From an uncultured Acidimicrobiaceae bacterium (GTDB lineage Bacteria; Actinomycetota; Acidimicrobiia; Acidimicrobiales; RAAP-2), in assembly GCA_963788125.1 (NCBI GenBank), contig CAWBFN010000003.1, forward strand, positions 184,450-248,449: a stretch of DNA of 64,000 nucleotides, written 5' to 3'. The position numbers and the translations under genes were made by a program. Below are positions 1 through 8,797 of the stretch, in pieces; position 1 is the stretch's first letter, and every line of letters starts with the position of its first letter. Under the pieces are notes generated by a model. That model made no database searches and was not told the DNA's origin. It worked only from the letters and a program-made list of their open reading frames with translations.

Positions 1-1155
1 GGGCGCAGCGAGGAGAAGGTGGTCGAGCAGTTCGAGGGGGCCTGGTTCGAGGCCATGGACGGCCTGGGTGTCCTCCGGCCCACCAGCACGCCCCACGCGA
101 CGGCCTATGTCGAGGACATGGTCCGGCTGGTGGCCGACCTCGTCGGGCGCGGCGTCGCCTACGAGACCTCCGACGGCGTGTACCTCCACGTGGAGCAGGT
201 GCAGGGGTACGGCCTCCTGGCCCGGCAGAGCCTCGACTCGCTCCGATCGGGGGCAAGAGTGGAGAGCACCGAGGAGAAACGCTCACCGCTGGACTTCGCC
301 TTGTGGAAGAAGGCCAAGCCGGGTGAGCCGACCTGGGCGTCGCCCTGGGGGCCCGGGCGACCGGGTTGGCACACCGAGTGTGTGGTCATGTCCCTCGATC
401 TGCTCGGCGAGGGCTTCGATCTCCACGGCGGCGGCATCGACCTGATCTTCCCCCATCACGAGAACGAGCGGGCCCAGGCGGTGGCGCAGGGTCGGGAGTT
501 CGCCCGCTACTGGGTGCACAACGGCTGGGTGACGGTCGACGGCACCAAAATGTCCAAGTCGCTCGGCAACTTCACCACCCTCCCCGATTTTCTGGCCCAC
601 CACGATGCCCGGGCGTATCGGCTGCTGGTGCTCCGTGCCCGCTACCGCTCGCCCATCGAGGTCACCCCCGAGACGGTGGCCGACGCCGAGAAGGGCCTCG
701 AACGGCTCGACACCCTGGCCCGCCGGTTCTCGGTGGGCGGGCTGCTGTCGCGCACCGCCACCGGCTACGTGGTGGAGGGAACACCGCCCACGGCCGGGAT
801 CGACGAGGACGCCCTCTCTGCCTTCCGCTCCCGCATGGACGATGACCTCGATACGCCCGGGGCATTGGCCGGGATCTTCGACCTGGTCACGGCGGCCCAC
901 ACGAGCGCCGACGCGTGCGACATGGAACGGGGCACGCATCTCGCCCGGTCGGCCGCGGCACTGGCCGCCGCCCTGGGACTGTCGCTCCGTGACGACGAAG
1001 CCGTGATCGACGAGGAGACGGCCCGCCTGGTGGCCGAGCGCGACCTGGCCCGGGGGGCCAGAGAGTTCCAGCGGGCCGACGCGCTGCGCGACGAGCTCAC
1101 CGCCCGGGGCTGGACTGTCGAGGACACCCCGGACGGGACGGCCATCCGCCGCTGA
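1..1155 (+). CDS. cysS: Cysteine--tRNA ligase, 5' end outside the window
   Basis: The frame of ORF 19..1155 is open to position 1. Class-I aaRS motifs PHHENE and KMSKSLGN and a WHTEC site are present. The C-terminal RADALRDEL..GWTVEDTPDGT tail is typical of CysS rather than the paralogue MshC. Confidence 0.85.
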   Translation, partial: GRSEEKVVEQFEGAWFEAMDGLGVLRPTSTPHATAYVEDMVRLVADLVGRGVAYETSDGVYLHVEQVQGYGLLARQSLDSLRSGARVESTEEKRSPLDFALWKKAKPGEPTWASPWGPGRPGWHTECVVMSLDLLGEGFDLHGGGIDLIFPHHENERAQAVAQGREFARYWVHNGWVTVDGTKMSKSLGNFTTLPDFLAHHDARAYRLLVLRARYRSPIEVTPETVADAEKGLERLDTLARRFSVGGLLSRTATGYVVEGTPPTAGIDEDALSAFRSRMDDDLDTPGALAGIFDLVTAAHTSADACDMERGTHLARSAAALAAALGLSLRDDEAVIDEETARLVAERDLARGAREFQRADALRDELTARGWTVEDTPDGTAIRR

Positions 1156-1193
1156 CGGTTGCGATCAGGCAAACCGGTCAGGGCTCCACCCGC

Positions 1194-1237
1194 ACTGGAC
1201 GGTGTGGATCACTGGACGGCGTGGATCACTGGACGGG
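1194..1237. repeat. 17-bp direct repeat ACTGGACGGYGTGGATC, two full copies plus a 10-nt partial third
   Basis: Read directly: 1194-1210, 1211-1227, 1228-1237, in the cysS / acyl-CoA dehydrogenase intergenic region. Confidence 0.9.
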
Positions 1238-1248
1238 CACGGGGCTTT

Positions 1249-1268
1249 AGGTTACCATACAGTAACCT
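1249..1268. promoter_or_regulatory. Candidate operator: inverted repeat AGGTTAC-CATACA-GTAACCT
   Basis: Perfect 7+7 inverted repeat, AT-rich in GC-rich DNA, ~50 nt upstream of the ATG at 1319. SD GAGGAGG lies at 1303-1309. Confidence 0.35.
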
Positions 1269-1318
1269 CACCAGAGTGTCCGGCGTCGTCGGGCTGCCGC
1301 CCGAGGAGGGTCTCTACC

Positions 1319-2532
1319 ATGTCCGACTTCTCACTGACGCTCAACGAGGACCAGGTGCAGATCCAGAAGTGGGTCCATGAGTTCGCGGAGAACGTGATCC
1401 GACCGGCAGGAGCCGAATGGGACGAGCGGGAGGAGACCCCGTGGCCCATCATCAAGGAGGCGGCCAGGAACGGGCTCTACTCCTTCGACTTCGTCACCCA
1501 GTGCTTCGCAGACCCCACCGGCCTGCTGATGTGCCTGGTCACCGAGGAGACGAGTTGGGGCGATGCGGGCATCTCCCTGGCCATCTTCGGCTCCACCCTG
1601 GCTGCCGCCGGCATCGTGGCCAACGGCACACCGGAGCAGGTTGCCGAGTGGATCCCCCAGTGCTTCGGCACGGCCGACGACGTCAAACTCGCCGCCTTCG
1701 GGGTCTCTGAACCCGACGCCGGATCAGACGTGTCGTCCCTCACGTCGCGGGCCGTCTACGACGAGGCGAAGGACGAGTGGGTGCTCAACGGCACCAAGAC
1801 CTGGATCACCAATGGGGGCATCGCCAACACGCACGTCCTCGTCCTCTCGGTCGATCCCGCATTAGGCAGCCGCGGCCAGGCCAGCTTCGTGGTGCCCGAG
1901 GGGACCCCCGGTATCGCCCAAGGCCAGAAGTTCAAGAAGATGGGCATCCGGGCCTCGCACACCGCCGAGGTCGTGCTCGACGACTGCCACGTCCCGGGCC
2001 ACTGCCTCCTCGGCGGCAAGGAGAAGCTCGACGAGCGCCTGGCCCGGGCTCGCGAGGGGGAAAGACCTCGACGCAGGCTGCCATGGCCACCTTCGAGACC
2101 ACACGCCCGGTGGTGGGGGCCCAGGCGGTCGGCATCGCCCGTGCCGCCTACGAGTACGCCCTCGACTACGCCAAGGAGCGCAAGCAGTTCGGTCGGGCCA
2201 TCATCGAGAACCAGGCGATCGCCTTCAAATTGGCCGACATGAAGACCCGCACCGACGCCGCCCGCCTCCTGGTCCACCGCGCCGCGTGGATGGCCGGCAC
2301 CGGCCAGAGGTTCGAGAACGGCGAAGGCTCCATGTCCAAGCTGTTCGCCGGCGAGAACGCGGTATGGGTGACCGAGCAGGCGATTCAGATCCTCGGTGGC
2401 TACGGCTACGTCCGGGACTACCCCGTCGAGCGCTGGCACCGCGACTCGAAGATCTACACCATCTTCGAAGGGACCTCGGAGATTCAGCGCCTGGTGATCG
2501 CCCGGGCGATCTCGGGGATACACATCAACTGA
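1319..2532 (+). pseudogene. Acyl-CoA dehydrogenase with one frame break (frame 2 to frame 1 at the G5 run 2056-2060)
   Basis: The N-terminal part (MSDFSLTLNEDQVQIQKWVHEFAEN... to ...[16 protein letters not shown]) is in ORF 1202..2242. The C-terminal part ([44 protein letters not shown]...[22 protein letters not shown]) is in ORF 1777..2532. Adding one G to the run GGGGG joins them cleanly. Confidence 0.8.
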
Positions 2533-2542
2533 TCGACCGACC

Positions 2543-2971
2543 TCAGTGCCGAAGGGCTGCGTTGGCGCGCTCGCGGGCCACGAAGGACAGGAGCAGCTTC
2601 TTGGCGATGGTGGGGGACTCGTCGAGCATCTGATTGAACTCGTTGACATTCAGCACGAGGAGTGTCATCGGCTCGTCGCTGATGACCGTGGCGTGACGGG
2701 GACCGTGGTCCAGCAGCGACATCTCGCCGAAGAAGTCGCGTGGGCCCAGAGTCGCGACCACCTGTCCGTCGATCAGGCAGCGCGCCCTTCCGTTCATGAT
2801 CAGGCAGAACTCGCGGCCCGTCTTGCCCTGCTCGGCCAGCACCTTGCCGGCGGGTACGTCGATCTCGGCGCCGAGACCGGCGATCATGCGCAACTCAGCC
2901 TTGGTGCAGGCGGAAAAGAGCGGTACTGCGGCCAGGCCGTCGAGCACTGCACGTGGGATGCCTCGTGCCAT
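2543..2971 (-). CDS. Stand-alone cyclic-nucleotide-binding domain protein (no DNA-binding domain)
   Basis: 142 aa with cNMP-binding features: FFGEMSLLD..PRHATV and a GKTGREFCLIMNGRA beta-roll. Confidence 0.7.
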   Translation of the reverse strand: MARGIPRAVLDGLAAVPLFSACTKAELRMIAGLGAEIDVPAGKVLAEQGKTGREFCLIMNGRARCLIDGQVVATLGPRDFFGEMSLLDHGPRHATVISDEPMTLLVLNVNEFNQMLDESPTIAKKLLLSFVARERANAALRH

Positions 2972-3108
2972 CGAACCCCCTCCCGATCAACTGCCGTGGA
3001 ATATACAAGGCACGAGGGGTACCTGCACGTTCCGGTAGCGTGCACCCATCGGGCGGGCCATCACGGGGATCCGCGTCACACGAGCGGGTTCCCGCTCCGG
3101 AGGACCAC

Positions 3109-3636
3109 ATGACCGAGCTTCTGGTGTTGTGCACGGGAAATGCGGCGCGCTCGGTCATGGCCGGCTTCATGCTCGATCACCTCGACCTCTGTCGACCGAC
3201 GGCCGATCTCCACGTCGTCACGGCGGGGACGCACTCGGTGGACGGTCAACCGATGAGCACGAGGACGAGGGCCGCACTCCGATCCATACCCGGGCTGACC
3301 GATGCCGCGCTCGGTGGGCATCGCAGCCGTCAGGTGTACGAGGGCGACCTGGACAGGGCGGAGCTCGTGGTGGTCATGGAGGCGGACCACGTGCGTTTCA
3401 TCCGCCGCCAGTTCCCGCGGGCAGCCGGTCGAACCGCCACCATCCGGCATCTCTGCCGGGATCTGCGGCCCGGCCCGGCGCCACTGGGTGAGCGGGTGGC
3501 CGCCCTCCATCTGGCCGGAGCGCAGCTCCTCGGGGAGGACGACGTCATGGACCCGGCCGGGGGCGACGAGGCCGCCTACGTGGCCTGCGCCGCCGAACTG
3601 TGGCTGCTCTGCCAGAGGCTGATCGAGTCGCTGTAG
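3109..3636 (+). CDS. Low-molecular-weight protein-tyrosine phosphatase / ArsC-like
   Basis: CX5R(S) P-loop LCTGNAARSV directly after the ATG at 3109. The longer ORF 2953..3636 overlaps the divergent gene, so the inner start is preferred. Confidence 0.75.
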   Translation: MTELLVLCTGNAARSVMAGFMLDHLDLCRPTADLHVVTAGTHSVDGQPMSTRTRAALRSIPGLTDAALGGHRSRQVYEGDLDRAELVVVMEADHVRFIRRQFPRAAGRTATIRHLCRDLRPGPAPLGERVAALHLAGAQLLGEDDVMDPAGGDEAAYVACAAELWLLCQRLIESL

Positions 3637-3647
3637 CACGGACGACC

Positions 3648-3746
3648 CTCGGTCGGCCCCGTCCCCTCAGTCGGCCCCGTCCCTCAGTCGGCCCCGTCCC
3701 CTCGGTCGGCCCCGTCCCCTCAGTCGGCCCCGTCCCCTCAGTCGGC
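3648..3746. repeat. Tandem repeat CTC(A/G)GTCGGCCCCGTCCC, 5 copies (one 17 nt) plus a partial sixth
   Basis: Units at 3648-3665, 3666-3682, 3683-3700, 3701-3718, 3719-3736, and partial 3737-3746. The last partial unit contains the stop codon and last codons of the convergent TetR gene. Confidence 0.95.
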
Positions 3747-4361
3747 GTGGACAGATCGCAGGCCGGCCCACGCCAGGTCGGCGATGCGTTGGGCCAGCCG
3801 TTGGGCCTCCTCCTCGACCGCCCTGTCGTCCGACGGCCGCTGCTCCATGAACCGGCGGCTGGCTCCCTCGGCCATACCGACGACCGCGTAGGCCAACAGG
3901 CGGCGGTGGTCGTCGTCGAGCCCGGCGTCGATGAGGGGGTCGATCGCCTCGGCGATGGCGTCCTCCACGGTGCGGAGCGCACGGCCGAGCTCCTCGTCGT
4001 CGGCGTGGTCGCGACCGTAGAGCAGCCGGAACTCGTCCTCCCGGCTGATGACCAGGTTGAAGTACGCGGCGAAGCCCATCTCGACCTGTTGCCGGGGGCC
4101 CTTGGCCTGCATCACACCGGTGCGCACGGCGATGAGGAGCTCTTGGGCGATGGAGTTGACGAGTTCCAGGTACAGCGCCCGTTTCGATGAGAAGTGCTGG
4201 TAGACGAGGGGCTTCGTCACCCCCGCCGCCTCGGCGATGTCGTCCATCGTGGTGGCCCGGTAGCCGCGCCGGGCGAAGAGCTCGAGCGCGATCGCCACGA
4301 GCTGCTGGCGCCGCTGCTCTGCGGTGAGGCGACGCGTGGAAACCTGCAGATCGCTCGTCAT
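3738..4361 (-). CDS. TetR-family transcriptional regulator
   Basis: N-terminal HTH TMDDIAEAAGVTKPLVYQHFSSKRALY. 207 aa. Confidence 0.85.
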   Translation of the reverse strand: MTSDLQVSTRRLTAEQRRQQLVAIALELFARRGYRATTMDDIAEAAGVTKPLVYQHFSSKRALYLELVNSIAQELLIAVRTGVMQAKGPRQQVEMGFAAYFNLVISREDEFRLLYGRDHADDEELGRALRTVEDAIAEAIDPLIDAGLDDDHRRLLAYAVVGMAEGASRRFMEQRPSDDRAVEEEAQRLAQRIADLAWAGLRSVHAD

Positions 4362-4429
4362 TCCCTCCCCACGCTACCCATCACCAACGGCCGGCCCGAC
4401 GGCCGCCCACCAACCCCGACGCTCGCCCA

Positions 4430-5506
4430 CTACCTTCGAGCGCCGGGGAGCGTGTCGAGGACGCGGGCCAGACGTGCCGGTAGATCGGCCACATTGAAGA
4501 ACGTGGCGGCGATCCGTTGGTTGTGGTCCAGCAATTCGTGGTCGGGCAGGTCCAGCCATTCGGAGAGCGGCGTGGGCACGGCGCTGTCGAACCAGCGGAA
4601 TCCGAAGGCCGACAACTCGGACGCCACCGGGTACCGCCCGATGGCCAGCGGACGTCGGTAGGTGGCCGATTCGACGGAGGGGTTGCCGAATCCCTCCCAG
4701 TGCGAGGGCAACAGGACGGCGTCACACGATGCGTAGGCGTCGGCGACGGAGCACGTGCCGGGACCCGGACCGAGCAGCACGGGGCAGTCCGCCGCGGCCA
4801 CCAGGCGGCTGAGGTCCGGGCCGTACCCGTCCTCGGCCGGTCCCAGGAGCCAGTACGTGCCTCCGACCGCGGCGGCCAGTGCCAGACCGCCCTCGATGTT
4901 CTTCCGGGCCAGCGCGCGCGTCGGCTGCAGCAGGAGGCGGTCACCGGCCGCGAGGCCGAGCGCCTGGCGGACCCGCTCCCGCTCGCCGGCCGCCGGGTTC
5001 GGATCGAAGGAGTTGTAGATCGTGGTGGCGGCGATGCCGTGGGGGCGCAGCTCGTGGCGGCTCAACTCGTTGATGGTGACGTGGGCCCAGGCGCGGTCGT
5101 CGGGCGGCGCGGGGAGATGGGCCAGGTGGGGGCGCTGCCACGCCAGGTCGTGATGGTGCAGCACGGTGGGCCTCCCGGCGCAGACCTCGGCCACCAGGGC
5201 GGCGGCCGCCGGGTTGAGGGGGAGCGAGCACAGGTTCTCGACGACGACGAGGTCGGCTGGTGCCAGCGCGTCGGAGAGCTCGCGCCGGGTCGGCGCCGCG
5301 GCGGCGTCGATGGCCAGGCCCTCGAGGCGGGTGTCGACCGGGCCGGCGCCGGCCACCGTGACGACCCGCCACCCGAGGCTGCCCAGCGCGGCGGCCCACT
5401 TGGCCGCTTCGATCGATACGCCGTCGCCGCCGCCGAGTCGGAACGAGACGAGCGCGGCGGTCGGCACGCGCCGCACTGTAGGCCGCCCGCTCGCGGGAGA
5501 GGGCAC
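4430..5506 (-). CDS. Glycosyltransferase, GT4 (GT-B fold) family
   Basis: C-terminal EX7E-type motif LLPSHWEGFGNPSVESA. Divergent from gmd. Confidence 0.65.
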   Translation of the reverse strand: MPSPASGRPTVRRVPTAALVSFRLGGGDGVSIEAAKWAAALGSLGWRVVTVAGAGPVDTRLEGLAIDAAAAPTRRELSDALAPADLVVVENLCSLPLNPAAAALVAEVCAGRPTVLHHHDLAWQRPHLAHLPAPPDDRAWAHVTINELSRHELRPHGIAATTIYNSFDPNPAAGERERVRQALGLAAGDRLLLQPTRALARKNIEGGLALAAAVGGTYWLLGPAEDGYGPDLSRLVAAADCPVLLGPGPGTCSVADAYASCDAVLLPSHWEGFGNPSVESATYRRPLAIGRYPVASELSAFGFRWFDSAVPTPLSEWLDLPDHELLDHNQRIAATFFNVADLPARLARVLDTLPGARR

Positions 5507-5522
5507 GGCACTGGTGGGCTAG

Positions 5523-6506
<984 letters not shown>

Positions 6507-6517
6507 GCGGGGCGCCG

Positions 6518-7360
6518 ATGGAGGTCCTCGTCGGTGCCGTTGCGCCCGACCCCCTGGGCGTCCTGGTGGCCTTCGGCGCCGGAATCCTTTCCTTCTTCTC
6601 CCCGTGCGTGCTCCCGCTGGTCCCCGGCTACGTCTCCATGGTCTCGGGCTTCTCGGCGGCCGAGCTCACGGCCAGCCAGGCGTCGGCCTCGGGGAGCGGC
6701 ACCGTCGCCGTGGTCACCATGCGCCCGATGCTGCGGGGCATCGGCCTCTTCATCGCCGGTTTCACCGTCGTCTTCGTCGCCCTGGGCGCCGTGGCCTCGG
6801 GGATCGGCCACCTCCTGGCCTCGCACCGGGAGATGCTGACCCACGCCAGCGGGATCGTGGTGGTCCTGCTCGGCCTGTTCCTGCTGCTGGGTGCCGTTCC
6901 CGGTCGCTACTGGTCCCGCCTCGGGGCGGGCCCGCTGGGGGCGCTCACCCGCATCAACGGCGAGCGGCGCTTCGATGTGCGGCCATCGACCCTCGGGACG
7001 TGGGCCGCCCCGGTGGTGGGCATGGCCTTCGCCTTCGCCTGGACGCCCTGCATCGGACCGGTCCTGGCCGTCGTGCTCGGCCTCGCCGCCCACAACGGCT
7101 CGCTGCCCGGGGGTGTCCTCCTCCTCTTCGCCTACTCGCTCGGGCTGGCCGTGCCGTTCGTCGCCGCCGGGCTGGCCTTTGGCCGGCTGACCTCGGTGAT
7201 CGCCCGAGCCCGGCGCGGGCTGTGGATCGTCGAGGTGGTCGGCGGCCTCATCCTCGTGGTCTTCGGCGTCCTGCTCCTCACCGATCACCTCGGCTGGATC
7301 TCCACCCAGTTCCAGTCGCTGCTCGACCACATCGGGCTGAAGCGGCTCAGCACCAGCTGA
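6518..7360 (+). CDS. ccdA: Cytochrome c biogenesis thiol-reductant transporter CcdA (DsbD family)
   Basis: Polytopic membrane protein with FFSPCVLPLVPGY and WTPCIGP motifs. Inner ATG at 6518 chosen because the longer ORF overlaps gmd. Confidence 0.85.
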   Translation: MEVLVGAVAPDPLGVLVAFGAGILSFFSPCVLPLVPGYVSMVSGFSAAELTASQASASGSGTVAVVTMRPMLRGIGLFIAGFTVVFVALGAVASGIGHLLASHREMLTHASGIVVVLLGLFLLLGAVPGRYWSRLGAGPLGALTRINGERRFDVRPSTLGTWAAPVVGMAFAFAWTPCIGPVLAVVLGLAAHNGSLPGGVLLLFAYSLGLAVPFVAAGLAFGRLTSVIARARRGLWIVEVVGGLILVVFGVLLLTDHLGWISTQFQSLLDHIGLKRLSTS

Positions 7361-7395
7361 CCCCGCTTGGAACCGCCCCGCCCTCCCCCCCTACC

Positions 7396-8139
7396 ATGGT
7401 GGCGAAGGACATGGCCCCTGTCGTCCAATTCCGCGCTGCCGTCGCTCTCGCCGGCCGCTTCCCCGCCCTCGCCGGTGTCGATCTCTCTGTCCAGACCGGG
7501 GAGGTGGTCGTGGTGCTCGGCGCCAACGGGGCCGGCAAGACCAGCCTGCTGAGGACCTGTGCGGGGCTGTTGCCCGTCACCTCGGGCGAGGCCCAGGTGC
7601 TCGGCGTCGACCTCACCACCGACCACACGGCCGTCCGACGCCACGTGGGCCTCTTGGGCCACGCCGCCCCTCTCTACGACGACCTCAGCGCGGCGGAGAA
7701 CGTCCGCTTCGCCGTGCGGGCCCTCGGCCTCCCGGCCGCGGCCGGGGAAGGGGCCCTGGAGCGGCTGGGGCTGGTCGGGCGCCTCCGCACCACCCCGGCC
7801 GGCCGGCTGTCGGCCGGCCAGCGCCGGCGGGTGGCGCTGGCCGCCCTGGTCGCCCGCCGACCGGCCCTCTGGCTGCTCGACGAGCCGCACGCCGGGCTCG
7901 ACGCGTCCTCGCGGCAGCTCCTGGGCGAGCTGATCGGCGAGGCGGTGGCCGACGGGGCGGCCGTGCTGCTCTCCTCCCACGAGCCCGGCCTCTCCGTGCC
8001 GCTCTCGGACCGGGTGGTGGTGATGGGTGGCGGGCGGATCACCGATGCCCGCCCCGGCGGCCGCCGGCCCCCGCTGAGTGCCTTGCCCCCGGTGGAGGTG
8101 CCCGGTCGGGGCACGACGGGTGCGTGGCATGTGGCGTGA
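7396..8139 (+). CDS. ccmA: Heme exporter ATP-binding protein CcmA
   Basis: Walker A GANGAGKTS, signature LSAGQRRR and Walker B LWLLDEP. First gene of the ccm block. The upstream part of ORF 6604..8139 is an overlap artefact. Confidence 0.85.
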   Translation: MVAKDMAPVVQFRAAVALAGRFPALAGVDLSVQTGEVVVVLGANGAGKTSLLRTCAGLLPVTSGEAQVLGVDLTTDHTAVRRHVGLLGHAAPLYDDLSAAENVRFAVRALGLPAAAGEGALERLGLVGRLRTTPAGRLSAGQRRRVALAALVARRPALWLLDEPHAGLDASSRQLLGELIGEAVADGAAVLLSSHEPGLSVPLSDRVVVMGGGRITDARPGGRRPPLSALPPVEVPGRGTTGAWHVA

Positions 8140-8797
8140 CGCGGCCCTGGTGGCCGGCAAGGACCTGCGCATCGAGCTGCGCTCCCGGGTCGGCCTGTGG
8201 CAGGTGGTCCCCTTCGCCGTTCTCGTCCTGGTGCTGGTGGCCTTCGCCATCGGCCCCGACACCGCATCCCTGCGGAACGCCGCCCCGGGCATCTTCTGGA
8301 TCGCCGTGCTCTTTTCGACCGTGCTGAGCGTCCAGCGCAGCGTGGCCATCGAGTCGGGGGAGGGCACCCGCGACGGGCTCCGGCTCTCGGGCATCGATCC
8401 GGCCGGGATCTTCCTGGGCAAGGCGGCGGCCGTCGGGTTGCAGCTCCTGGTCCTCCAGATCGTGCTGTGGGTCGGCGTGACGTTCCTCTTCAACGTCCGG
8501 GTCCACGTGGCGTGGCTCGCCATCGTCACCTCCCTGTTGGCCACCGTCGGGCTGGCCAGCGCCGGCGTGCTCTACGGCGCGCTCTCCGCCGGCCTGCGCG
8601 TCCGGGAGACCTTGCTGCCGATCCTGGTGCTCCCGGTCCTCGCCCCGGTCTTGCTGGCCGGATCGAAGGCGTGGCAGTCTGCGCTGGACGGCAATGCCAG
8701 CTCGGGTGCCGAGTGGTTGCGCATCCTCATACCCTTCGCGGTGATCTACCTCGTCGTCGGGATTGTCCTCTACGGTCCGCTCCAGGAGGCTGCATGA
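8129..8797 (+). CDS. ccmB: Heme exporter membrane protein CcmB
   Basis: Polytopic membrane protein between ccmA and ccmC. Start ATG 8129 overlaps the ccmA stop by 11 nt. Stop overlaps the ccmC ATG (ATGA). Confidence 0.75.
   Translation: MWRDAALVAGKDLRIELRSRVGLWQVVPFAVLVLVLVAFAIGPDTASLRNAAPGIFWIAVLFSTVLSVQRSVAIESGEGTRDGLRLSGIDPAGIFLGKAAAVGLQLLVLQIVLWVGVTFLFNVRVHVAWLAIVTSLLATVGLASAGVLYGALSAGLRVRETLLPILVLPVLAPVLLAGSKAWQSALDGNASSGAEWLRILIPFAVIYLVVGIVLYGPLQEAA

Noticed and set aside
1-1155. Alternative call as the mycothiol ligase MshC.
   Set aside because: The C-terminal ...RADALRDELTARGWTVEDTPDGTAIRR segment is typical of bona fide CysS. This cannot be fully excluded without alignment because the N-terminus is missing.
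3024-3044. Inverted repeat TGCACG-N9-CGTGCA between the cNMP-binding gene and the phosphatase gene, as a regulator site.
   Set aside because: It is only 6+6 bp in GC-rich DNA, so a chance occurrence is plausible, and there is no supporting context.
3648-3746. Possible CRISPR array.
   Set aside because: The units are directly adjacent with no spacers, the unit is only 17-18 bp, and there are no cas genes. It is a simple tandem repeat.
8197-8793. N-terminal 199-codon extension of the ccmC frame (ORF 8197..10254). Similar upstream extensions occur in ORFs 6293.., 6604.., 11579.., 13175.., 28605.., 56622.., 57407.. and 59347...
   Set aside because: Each extension overlaps the well-supported preceding gene in another frame and has no protein-like sequence. 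Inner starts that form ATGA/GTGA/TGATG overlaps with the preceding stop were used instead.
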